NCBI GenBank assembly: GCA_938091905.1
Contig: CALKOM010000151.1
Location: forward strand, 1 to 38,497
Direction: 5' to 3'
From: an uncultured Verrucomicrobiales bacterium
GTDB taxonomy: Bacteria > Verrucomicrobiota > Verrucomicrobiia > Verrucomicrobiales > DEV007
DNA length: 38,497 bases
Positions 1-8,337 of the stretch are shown here, one piece after another (within the stretch, counting starts at the first letter, position 1; each line of letters begins with the position of its first letter). Below the pieces are notes generated by a model. It ran no database searches. It was not told the DNA's origin and saw only the letters and a list, made by a program, of their open reading frames with translations. The position numbers and the translations under genes are program-made.

Positions 1-86
1 AGATCGTCTTCAGGCACCCAATCTCGCATGTCCACGGGTAGTAGCATTGGGGTGTTACGGTCGACATCTACGAAGCGGGCGCTCAT
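1..86 (-). CDS. IS1182-family transposase, N-terminus (partial)
   Basis: Manual translation from ATG at 86: MSARFVDVDRNTPMLLPVDMRDWVPEDD, matching the typical IS1182 N-terminal pattern (DR..PMLLP.D.RDWVP.D). Too short for the ORF track. Confidence 0.8.
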   Translation of the reverse strand, partial: MSARFVDVDRNTPMLLPVDMRDWVPEDD

Positions 87-134
87 AGCTTAAATTCTAG
101 CATCAACCGCAACTTGGTAAAGTCCGACAGACTC
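1..134 (-). mobile_element. Left end of an IS1182-family insertion sequence (truncated by window edge)
   Basis: Minus strand reads CTAG|GAGTCTGTCGGACTTT..., resembling IS1182-type terminal inverted repeats. CTAG (135-138) is the probable target site. A transposase start follows 48 nt inside. The other end lies outside the window. Confidence 0.7.
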
Positions 135-396
135 CTAGCCGACCTTTATCTACAGGCTTCCTGCCTAAAAGACGAGAGCGGTCGTTGGCGCCGCGTTCCT
201 CGATGAAGACAGTATCCAAATCCGCCAAATCATGATTGATCCCGCCTGGCAAAGCCAAGGCATCGCTACCGGCATGCTCTATCATATCATCCAGGCACTA
301 TCGGATGAAGAGAACACCACTCTCAGAAGCCGCAAGGCTTCAAGCAATGAGCCTAGCCGAGAATGGCATCACCGTATGGGCTTCATCAATCCATAA
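135..396 (+). pseudogene. GNAT acetyltransferase C-terminal remnant, IS-disrupted
   Basis: Frame from 181 reads VVGAAFLDEDSIQIRQIMIDPAWQSQGIATGML...SNEPSREWHHRMGFINP* (motif A Q-x-x-G-x-A; N...GF). There is an in-frame TAA at 166-168 and no start; the 5' part is cut by the IS. Confidence 0.65.
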
Positions 397-417
397 AAGG
401 GTTTAGATAAGTGATCT

Positions 418-448
418 AGCCCGCTGTGGGCTCCACAGGCGGCTTCTT
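418..448 (+). terminator. Possible terminator hairpin after the GNAT remnant
   Basis: Imperfect stem AGCCCGCTGTGG-gct-CCACAGGCGGCT followed by TCTT; weak U-tract. Confidence 0.3.
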
Positions 449-513
449 AATCCTAAACCGACCGCAAATTCAGCGCGTCAAGAGCCTCCGTCCCGTATAA
501 GTTAAGACTCTCC

Positions 514-3462
514 TTGCATCGACTCGGTAGATTCACCCAATCTTCAACAGTGAAAAGACGCTGGCCACTCTTCATCGCCCTCTCTCAAGTGGGCGCCCTC
601 TGCCTGCTCATGTTTTCGCTCGCTTCGGAAATCACAGGCGTGAGCCAGATCGGTCTGGTCGTCTCCGAGCTCATGGTCTCTCCCCTTGCTCCGTCGGAAG
701 ACGAGATCGCGGCAGGTCTGACGGAAACCGAAGCCTTCGATTACCTTGAATTGTTTAACCCAACGGACCAACCTATTTCTTGCGCCGATTTGGAAGTGAA
801 TGGAACGATCACGAGCTTCCAATTGCTCGATGAAGACAACGCCACGCTTGATCCAGGGGCGTTCGCGATGGTGGTAGCCAATGTCGAAGGGTTCCATCGC
901 CGATACGGCATGGATGCTAGAATTCTAGGAACCTTCTCTGGCACATTGCCATCTGATTCCGCGAAGATTGAACTTCGGCTGCCATCAAAATCGAGCCATC
1001 CGCTACGCTTTCGTTACGCCACACAAGCACCTTGGCCGCGGAGCCCAGGAGGCTTTGGATTTGCGCTAGTATTAAAAGCTCCCTCGAGCGAACCCGATCA
1101 CGATCTTGCCATGCACTGGCGCGCAAGCGCCGAAGCCGGGGGATCCCCGGGAATGGTCGACCCGCCAAAAGCCGACTTACCTATCGTCATCAGTGAGATT
1201 CTTCCGAAGAGACCTGTGCTGGATACTTACTTCCGCATCACTAGCTATCCTACTGTTCCAGATCAGGCACCGTCTGATTTCATCAACACCTACATCGCCG
1301 ATATGAAGGCAGAACCCTATGATTTCAGCTTTATTCATCTGGTGGCACCAGATCTCGTTGGGCACAACTTCAACTGGTACAGCGCCGCTCAGGACGAAGC
1401 CATCAAGGGAGTGGATGTCGAATTGGGCGAAGTCTTCAAGCTGATCGACGAACACGAACCTTTCAAAGGAAAGACCGCCATCATCCTGACCTCCGATCAT
1501 GGCGGCGGTGGTGGCGGGGTGGTCAACAATCACGTTGATCCGATTTGGCCTATCAATTACACTATTCACTTTCAGGCTTGGGGCCCAGGCATCCCTGCGG
1601 GTCAAGAGTTGTATGAACTCAACGAAGAGACCCGCCTCATTCCACCGAAAGATAGGAATCCTCCGTACGTCGCAGACACCTCGCAGATGCCCATTCGAAA
1701 CGGAGACCTTGGGAATCTCGCCATGGATCTGCTGGGGCTACCTCCCATTCCCGGTTCCTGGATCAACGCGGACCAATCGCTGAACGTCGAAGCGGATAAG
1801 GAAGCCATCGACTACGTCATTGGAATTAGTATCGACGGCCTCGCCCCTTCGAGCATCGTTCGACTTGGTCCAGAAGCTTTGCCCAATCTGCACCGACTGC
1901 GGACGGAAGGTACCTACACAGACCGAGCCCGCACGGATGCCACGCACACTATTACAAACCCTAATCACACCTGCATGCTCACAGGCCGCGGCGTGCTCAC
2001 GCACGAAGGCGTGGGGCGAGGTCACTTCGTCACCTTCAACAGCAACTTGCGCACCACCCTCCAGGTCTGGAATCATGGCGTCTATATCGCCAGCGCCTTC
2101 GACGTCACCGATGCATTTGGAATGAGTTCGGCCTTTTATTCCAACAAGTCGAAACTGGACTTCCTTGGTCGAAGCTATGGCGCCATCAGTGGAGACGCCA
2201 TCGAACTCTACAATCCTAACCCAGTAGCAAAGAACATCACGGGCTGGGGACTGACGGACGATCCTAACGACCCTATGAAATTCATCATCCCGTCGTCAAC
2301 CTCCATCGTTCCCGCAAATGGACGCTTGGTCCTGAACGAAGACCCAGGCTGGCGATCGGCACAACGCCCAACACTGCACACCCGGTACTTCGGCAGCGCC
2401 TTCTCCCTCGATCCGAACGGAGGGGAAGTTTATCTATTCGAAACAAAGTCCAAGGCTCTAACCGGAGTCGATCATGGACTTCAATTCGGTCCCATTCTTA
2501 CAGGAGGCAGTGCTATCCGACAAACCACCATCGACGGCGAACGTACCGTCATGGCAGGCGTAACTACCCTCGGGCTTCCCAATGCCGCACCTTTCTCTAA
2601 CGCCGTCATCATCACGGAGATCAGTCCACAGAATGGCAATGATGCGTTTATCGAATTGCAGAATGTGGCGAACGAAGAAATTCAGATAGACTCAAGCTTC
2701 CGCCTGGACGGAAGTTATCAATTCACCTTTCCTAGCCAGATCATCCTCCAACCGGGCGACCTCCTCATCGTGACCGCGCAAGCACAAGAAGGCGAGCCAA
2801 TGGCACCTATAGTGTTAGGTCCACTAAAGAATGTGCGAACGGCCGATGACGAAACCACTCGCGTGGCGCTGGTCATTGATCAGTCTAATACCTCCACCGT
2901 GACTCTCGACCAAGTGATCATCGAACGAAACAGTGCTTGGCCGGAAGCCTTTTGGCACAACGATCATGCCATCGAGCGCCGCAATCCCAGGGTTTTCGGA
3001 GAGGACCCCGGCAATTGGAAACTCGCTCAGACTGCTGTGGGGACGCCGGGATTCGTGACCACTGGAAAATATGAAAACTGGACAATGACTGCATTAGGGG
3101 GACTACCCGATGCCGAGTTTACCAACGATGCAGATCCCGACGAAGATGGCTTAACTAACTTCCACGAATACGCTTTCGCCTCCGATCCCCAAGTTGCGGA
3201 TCTTCACCTGCAACCCGAGTTCTCATCTACAGCAGATGGCCTGCTTTTGACCATTCGACGCCCACGCGACGTCGCCGATGTGAACTACATTCCCGAGATT
3301 TCTAACGATCTTGTAATCTGGAACGCAGCAGCGCCAAACGTCATTCTTCAACTCAGTGATCGAAAGATCCTCGACGCCGAAACGGAAGAAGTCCGCTATC
3401 TCGTCATGCCTTCCACGACAGTGAAGCAATTCTTGAGAGTCCGGGCGATCCCGCGTCCCTAG
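514..3462 (+). CDS. Exported lamin-tail-domain (LTD) protein with a circularly permuted alkaline phosphatase/nucleotide pyrophosphatase-superfamily domain and C-terminal module
   Basis: Three LTD-like units (LVVSELM..DYLELFNP; IVISEIL..DAIELYNP; VIITEI..FIELQN). AP-superfamily motifs PDLVGH, TSDHGG, ISIDGL, TITNPNHTCMLTG. DPDEDGLTNFHEYAF near the end. Hydrophobic N-terminus; true start may be GTG 550 or later. Confidence 0.8.
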   Translation: MHRLGRFTQSSTVKRRWPLFIALSQVGALCLLMFSLASEITGVSQIGLVVSELMVSPLAPSEDEIAAGLTETEAFDYLELFNPTDQPISCADLEVNGTITSFQLLDEDNATLDPGAFAMVVANVEGFHRRYGMDARILGTFSGTLPSDSAKIELRLPSKSSHPLRFRYATQAPWPRSPGGFGFALVLKAPSSEPDHDLAMHWRASAEAGGSPGMVDPPKADLPIVISEILPKRPVLDTYFRITSYPTVPDQAPSDFINTYIADMKAEPYDFSFIHLVAPDLVGHNFNWYSAAQDEAIKGVDVELGEVFKLIDEHEPFKGKTAIILTSDHGGGGGGVVNNHVDPIWPINYTIHFQAWGPGIPAGQELYELNEETRLIPPKDRNPPYVADTSQMPIRNGDLGNLAMDLLGLPPIPGSWINADQSLNVEADKEAIDYVIGISIDGLAPSSIVRLGPEALPNLHRLRTEGTYTDRARTDATHTITNPNHTCMLTGRGVLTHEGVGRGHFVTFNSNLRTTLQVWNHGVYIASAFDVTDAFGMSSAFYSNKSKLDFLGRSYGAISGDAIELYNPNPVAKNITGWGLTDDPNDPMKFIIPSSTSIVPANGRLVLNEDPGWRSAQRPTLHTRYFGSAFSLDPNGGEVYLFETKSKALTGVDHGLQFGPILTGGSAIRQTTIDGERTVMAGVTTLGLPNAAPFSNAVIITEISPQNGNDAFIELQNVANEEIQIDSSFRLDGSYQFTFPSQIILQPGDLLIVTAQAQEGEPMAPIVLGPLKNVRTADDETTRVALVIDQSNTSTVTLDQVIIERNSAWPEAFWHNDHAIERRNPRVFGEDPGNWKLAQTAVGTPGFVTTGKYENWTMTALGGLPDAEFTNDADPDEDGLTNFHEYAFASDPQVADLHLQPEFSSTADGLLLTIRRPRDVADVNYIPEISNDLVIWNAAAPNVILQLSDRKILDAETEEVRYLVMPSTTVKQFLRVRAIPRP

Positions 3463-3499
3463 CAAAGAGTGGAACCTTCGTCGGCAGGCTTCGAAGGTG

Positions 3500-3576
3500 A
3501 ACAACTGCGGAATTGCACGGAACGTTACTTCCCATTCCTGTATCGGTTTAGTTTTCCGTGCGATTCCGTGGTTGTT
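3500..3576 (+). repeat. 23-bp inverted repeat (REP-like/long hairpin) between convergent genes
   Basis: AACAACTGCGGAATTGCACGGAA (3500-3522) vs TTCCGTGCGATTCCGTGGTTGTT (3554-3576). The three mismatches are all G-U compatible on the + strand. Confidence 0.7.
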
Positions 3577-3665
3577 TCCCCATTTTACTGCTATTCCCTC
3601 GTTCATTTAAAGCACTCACTTCAGGAGCTTTGGCAGATTCAAGGAGCTCATCAATAGCCCTGAAA

Positions 3666-4577
3666 TCAGGCGACACTCCCAACCACCTCTCGAGCCAAGC
3701 GTTCGCTGTATGAATTGATCTTCCAGTGCCCCGGGCTCCAGCCTTTTAGGAAACGATGAAAGTCTGTCCAGGCCACTGGATAGAGAGCACGCCATTCTGC
3801 AATGACGACCTCTGCATCGATGTGAGGGTGTCGCTCCCCCAAGGCTTCTTGGAGAGCTGAAAAGTAGGTGTTTAAGAGGGACGTTTCTTGTGACTCACAT
3901 TCGCGTTCGTTTAGGCAACTACCGACGAAGTAAGCCACGTCCTTCATCCCGCAGCCGCCGCCAACGTATTGGAAATCGACCGCAGCGACGCGACTGCCGT
4001 CCTTTGAAAAGCAGAAATTCGCCAGCTTGGCATCTCCATGCACGAAGGTTTGAAACTTGGCCGAGGTGAGTCTTGCATCGATCGCGGATGCCGCGGCTTT
4101 CAGGGGTAGGTCTCCAAGGGCATCCAGCTCATCGGGGCGCGTGTCGACATGCCAGTAGGTTCCCACCGGCCACAAGCCTGTCGGCTCGCATCCCATGAAG
4201 GTAGCGTGAAAGTGCGCCAGCCAGTGAAGACATGCTTCGATCTCGATCGCCCCCACACTCCCCAGTCGGCCTGGAAAGCCCGCCACATCAAGATCCTCTA
4301 ACGTAATGACCACCCCCTCCTCTCCTTCACTCAGGGCAAGGCAGTCCGGCACGCGACAACGTGCATCGCACCGCGTACTGTAGTCTCGATACCAGGCCGT
4401 TTCCACTTCATAGGAACGGACCTTCCGCTCATGAGAACGATCCGTTGCCCACCCTCGAGGATGAGAACTGGCCTTGGCAGATCTGACTCGTTTCACAATC
4501 ACGGTACCATCAGCGACCGGCATCCTCACAATCTCACCATACCCGCTCCAAAGCTCTTGAATAATCTCTTCACCCAT
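3666..4577 (-). CDS. APH/choline kinase-like phosphotransferase (EcKinase/DUF1679-like)
   Basis: Brenner-type motif [15 protein letters not shown] metal-binding motif, LEDL hinge. Confidence 0.8.
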   Translation of the reverse strand: MGEEIIQELWSGYGEIVRMPVADGTVIVKRVRSAKASSHPRGWATDRSHERKVRSYEVETAWYRDYSTRCDARCRVPDCLALSEGEEGVVITLEDLDVAGFPGRLGSVGAIEIEACLHWLAHFHATFMGCEPTGLWPVGTYWHVDTRPDELDALGDLPLKAAASAIDARLTSAKFQTFVHGDAKLANFCFSKDGSRVAAVDFQYVGGGCGMKDVAYFVGSCLNERECESQETSLLNTYFSALQEALGERHPHIDAEVVIAEWRALYPVAWTDFHRFLKGWSPGHWKINSYSERLAREVVGSVA

Positions 4578-4579
4578 AG

Positions 4580-5677
4580 CTAACAGCGCACGAAATGCTT
4601 GCCAGGCAATTGCTTGACCAAGCGCTTCATTTCCAAACGCATCAGGGTCGTTGCCACAACCTGCGACGGCAAGTCTGCCTGGCGAATGAGGTCTTCGATC
4701 CCGACTTCCATTCCTGACAGCAGCGCGAAGAGCGCAGATTCCTCTTCCGAAAGGTCTGGCCTCGTTTCCTCCGCCTCATCTTCAGACAACAACTCCAGTT
4801 GCCCGAACTCCTCCAGGATATCTTCCACACCCATCACCAATTTCGCCCCCTCTTGGATGAGGCGATGGCAACCTTGTGACGTCGGACGATCGATTGGTCC
4901 TGGCACGGCATAAACAGGCCGCCCTTGTTCTGCCGCTTGGTTTGCGGTGATCAAAGAGCCGCTCCGTTGCGGTGCCTCAACAACAAGAATCCCACTCGAC
5001 CAGCCACTAACAATGCGATTTCGCAGCGGGAAAGACTGTTTGTCTGGCAGGTAGAGAATAGGAAACTCGGAAACCACGGCTCCCTGCTTAGCAATCTTCT
5101 CAGCCAACACCTGATTCTCGGGCGGATAGAGTTTCCCCAAACCGGATCCTAATACCGCGATGGTTCGACCTCCAGCGAGAGCGCCCTCGTGCGCTGCGGT
5201 GTCGACACCTCGAGCTAATCCACTGATTACCGTGAGCCCAGCCCGCGCAATTTGATAGCTGAGCTTCTTGGCTGCCTGGAGGCCATAGTGCGTAGCCCTT
5301 CGCGAGCCTACCACGCCAATGCAGCGCCAATCTGCCTTCGTCAGTTGCCCCCACACATAGAGGACGCTGGGCGGGTCGTAGATCTCGCGGAGAGATGGCG
5401 GGTAGTCCTCACATGCAGGCGTGATCACCTCCACCTTGGCGTCTTTGATCAGATCCAATTCGCGCTTGAGATCAATACGGTCCTCCCACTGCACCACGAG
5501 ATTCGCCATTTCTTGCCCAAAGCCATCAAGCTCCAGGATCTGATTTCGGTTTGCCGACAAGATCGCCTGCGGTGTCTCGAACCGATCCAACAGCTTACGT
5601 ACACGCACCGGCCCGATTTTGGGCAGGAGATTCAGGGCAATATAAGCTTCCTTTGTCGTCATCTTCCCTTTCCCCAT
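4580..5677 (-). CDS. dprA: DNA-processing protein DprA
   Basis: [58 protein letters not shown]-terminal winged helix. Confidence 0.95.
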   Translation of the reverse strand: MGKGKMTTKEAYIALNLLPKIGPVRVRKLLDRFETPQAILSANRNQILELDGFGQEMANLVVQWEDRIDLKRELDLIKDAKVEVITPACEDYPPSLREIYDPPSVLYVWGQLTKADWRCIGVVGSRRATHYGLQAAKKLSYQIARAGLTVISGLARGVDTAAHEGALAGGRTIAVLGSGLGKLYPPENQVLAEKIAKQGAVVSEFPILYLPDKQSFPLRNRIVSGWSSGILVVEAPQRSGSLITANQAAEQGRPVYAVPGPIDRPTSQGCHRLIQEGAKLVMGVEDILEEFGQLELLSEDEAEETRPDLSEEESALFALLSGMEVGIEDLIRQADLPSQVVATTLMRLEMKRLVKQLPGKHFVRC

Positions 5678-5679
5678 GC

Positions 5680-7518
5680 CTAAACCACCCGACCAAACTT
5701 CTTCTCCAATTCCTTAAACGAGATTTGCACCAAAGTCGGCCGACCGTGGGGACAGCAGAAGGGCAATTCACAATCCAGCAGATCTTCTAACAACTTCTCA
5801 AGTTCCTTGGGATGCAAGTCATCGTTGGCCTTGACCGCGTGTCGACACACCGTGGTCGCGACCATGTCCTCCCCCAGCCGAACCGATGACATCCGCCCCG
5901 TATCCTTGGGAAGCTCTTCCAAGACATCATTGATGAAGCGATTACTATCACTCTCACTGACAAAGGTTGGTAGGGAATCAATCTTTAAGGTATTCGCCCC
6001 GAACACCTCGGCACCGATACCCAACTTCTGCAAAGTGCCGACATGCTCACGCACGAGGTCGAAATCTTTCGGTGTCATCTCAATCGTTACCGGCATGAGC
6101 AGGGACTGGGTAGGCACGCCTTCTGTTTCCATGCGCGAGCGCATCTGCTCGAAAAGAATCCGTTCATGAGCGGCATGTTGATCCATAAGCACGAGCCCCT
6201 GCGTGTTCTCCATAATTACATACAGCTTACCGATGACACCAAGAATACGGAAATCTTTTGCCTTAGGTACCTGGGTAGCAACAGGCTCGGGCGGCGCTTC
6301 GATCAGCTCTTCATCGGGCTGCTCAATCGCCTCCTCAGGAGCGACGGCAGCAGGTTCGGGCAGTGCATCCGTAGCCAAGAGCGGTGACCAATCTTTACGC
6401 AAGGCCTGCTGCTCCAACTCAGGAATCAGGGACTCCTGCCGGAGGTCTTCTACCTCGGATACTTCGAAAGACACACTGAGCTCCTCTGGAGCTGGCGTTT
6501 CCCGAACACGATTGGGACTTGGACTTTCACGTTGTTCCAGCGTCTCCGCCACCACATCCGCCACCATAGACTTCAAGGTGTTTCCATCGTGAAAGCGAAC
6601 CTCACGTTTCGCGGGATGCACGTTCACATCCACCTTACGCGGATCCATCTCGAGAAAGAGAAAAGTCACCGCCTGTTGCCCCTTCATCAACGCCGTGTGG
6701 TAACCTTCACGCAAAGCGTACTGCAGCATTGCTCCTTCCACGGGACGACGATTGAGAAAGATCATCTGCAAACTACGATTACTCCGACTGACTCCTGGTT
6801 GACCAATGAAGCCAGATATCTTGATGCCGTTGCGCTCCTGCTTGCGAATTTCTAACAATCGCATTGCTAGCTCATTCCCCACCAAACCTCGCACACGCTC
6901 AAAGAGGCTTTCCGTCGCGGGCAAGTGAAAGGTGGTCCTTTCATTGTGCACAAGCAAGAAACGGATACGAGGATGAGCAATGGCATGAACCCGCACCTGA
7001 TGCTCGATGTGGCTAAACTCGGTATTCTCCGTTCGCAGAAATTTGCGTCTTGCAGGCATATTATAAAAGAGCGAGCGCGCCTCGATCTGCGTGCCGGGCG
7101 CTTCCCCTGCTTCCTTTACCGAAATCAACTTGCCGCCATTGATAAGAATCTCGGTGCCTTCCAACGCATTGGTCTCACGCGTCGTTAAACGGAATTTTGA
7201 CACACTAGCAATACTCGGAAGCGCCTCTCCACGAAACCCCATTGTGAGAATGCTCTCAAGATCACTCGACTCGCGCAACTTGCTCGTGGCATGGCGCTCC
7301 AGGCTCATCAAGGCATCCGTCTTGTCCATCCCACAGCCGTCATCGGCAATCTGGATGGAGGAAATGCCCCCCCGACGCACCCGCATCTCAATGTTTCTCG
7401 CTCCGGCATCGATGCTATTTTCGATCAGCTCTTTCACGACCGAAGCCGGACGCTCCACCACTTCGCCAGCGGCGACTTGGCTGGCGAGAGTATCGGAAAG
7501 GAGCTGAATTTTTCCCAT
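5680..7518 (-). CDS. mutL: DNA mismatch repair protein MutL
   Basis: AAGEVVERPASVVKELIENSIDAG, GFRGEALPSI, VDVNVHPAKREVRF, endonuclease motif DQHAAHERILFE, CPHGRP. Confidence 0.97.
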   Translation of the reverse strand: MGKIQLLSDTLASQVAAGEVVERPASVVKELIENSIDAGARNIEMRVRRGGISSIQIADDGCGMDKTDALMSLERHATSKLRESSDLESILTMGFRGEALPSIASVSKFRLTTRETNALEGTEILINGGKLISVKEAGEAPGTQIEARSLFYNMPARRKFLRTENTEFSHIEHQVRVHAIAHPRIRFLLVHNERTTFHLPATESLFERVRGLVGNELAMRLLEIRKQERNGIKISGFIGQPGVSRSNRSLQMIFLNRRPVEGAMLQYALREGYHTALMKGQQAVTFLFLEMDPRKVDVNVHPAKREVRFHDGNTLKSMVADVVAETLEQRESPSPNRVRETPAPEELSVSFEVSEVEDLRQESLIPELEQQALRKDWSPLLATDALPEPAAVAPEEAIEQPDEELIEAPPEPVATQVPKAKDFRILGVIGKLYVIMENTQGLVLMDQHAAHERILFEQMRSRMETEGVPTQSLLMPVTIEMTPKDFDLVREHVGTLQKLGIGAEVFGANTLKIDSLPTFVSESDSNRFINDVLEELPKDTGRMSSVRLGEDMVATTVCRHAVKANDDLHPKELEKLLEDLLDCELPFCCPHGRPTLVQISFKELEKKFGRVV

Positions 7519-7524
7519 GAGGTG

Positions 7525-7917
7525 CTAGTAGATGCGATCCGTGGCTGAGAGACCAGGAATCTTGTCGTAGAGAGGCTCGTATGACAGCACGACTGCGCTG
7601 ATGCTCAAGGCACAAGTGGCGACATGGAGTTCAGGAAGTTGAATTGCAAGACCGCGTTTATCTAGAAGACGTCCCAGATCCATGGTCATTTCCCAGCACT
7701 CTGGATCAGAAGGCACATTGACCATAGTCTCCCACGCCGCCCGAAATCGTTCCAACGAATGTGGCTCCCGCACACAGCGTCCAACTTCAGCGCGAATAAG
7801 CCCGCAGGTTGCGATGTCTCTGGATTCCGCAATGAACGCCAGCCCACGCAGCGGGTCTCGCCCGCTAACAGCCTCGCCAAAGTACCAAGAACGATCCACG
7901 AGAACCGGAACACTCAC
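7525..7917 (-). CDS. vapC: PIN-domain VapC-like toxin (two acidic sites appear as Glu)
   Basis: VLVDRS at N-terminus, IRAEV, LPELHVATCA and VLSYE at the positions of the canonical D sites. Overlaps the upstream antitoxin by 4 nt. Confidence 0.75.
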   Translation of the reverse strand: MSVPVLVDRSWYFGEAVSGRDPLRGLAFIAESRDIATCGLIRAEVGRCVREPHSLERFRAAWETMVNVPSDPECWEMTMDLGRLLDKRGLAIQLPELHVATCALSISAVVLSYEPLYDKIPGLSATDRIY

Positions 7918-8183
7918 CCCTTCAGCCCTTTAGTGGTGTAAGGCGCAGCATCTTCAGCAACGCGAAGCGTCTCCAAGCTGCTCTCCCCCCTCGGCGACCC
8001 AAAGAGATTCCGAATCTCATCATCAGACGATACTCCCGTTCCAGCGCGAAGCCGCTCCACAAGATGCGCTCTCCGGTCCACCTCTCGCAGAGCAACGTGA
8101 ATCGCCTCCGTCTTGGTCGCTGCTCCCGTGACCGAGATGACGCGCTCAAGAAGAGCAGTGTCAATATTGAGAGTGTATTTCAT
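7914..8183 (-). CDS. vapB: VapB-family antitoxin
   Basis: MKYTLNID..LLERV...TGAATKTEAIH.ALRE ribbon-helix-helix-type pattern, directly upstream of and overlapping the PIN gene. Confidence 0.8.
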   Translation of the reverse strand: MKYTLNIDTALLERVISVTGAATKTEAIHVALREVDRRAHLVERLRAGTGVSSDDEIRNLFGSPRGESSLETLRVAEDAAPYTTKGLKG

Positions 8184-8337
8184 ACAGACTTAATACCTCT
8201 TAGATCCAGCAGCTTCAAGTATTCTTCTCTCAACATCATGAGTTTCCAGGAATAGGAGCGACTCGTAGCATCGTTAATGAGAGTGCGGTGTCTGCCTTCG
8301 TTGCCAAATCGAGCACGCTTCGTATCGTCTTAGGCAA

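Noticed and set aside
103..285. 60-aa minus-strand ORF
   Set aside because: Antisense to the GNAT remnant and crosses the IS end; no recognisable motif.
3469..3657. 62-aa ORF after the LTD gene
   Set aside because: Runs through the inverted repeat; no family features.
3666..8183. Kinase + DprA + PIN cluster as an anti-phage defence system
   Set aside because: DprA is the canonical full-length form and MutL is the standard repair protein; no defence-specific domains seen.
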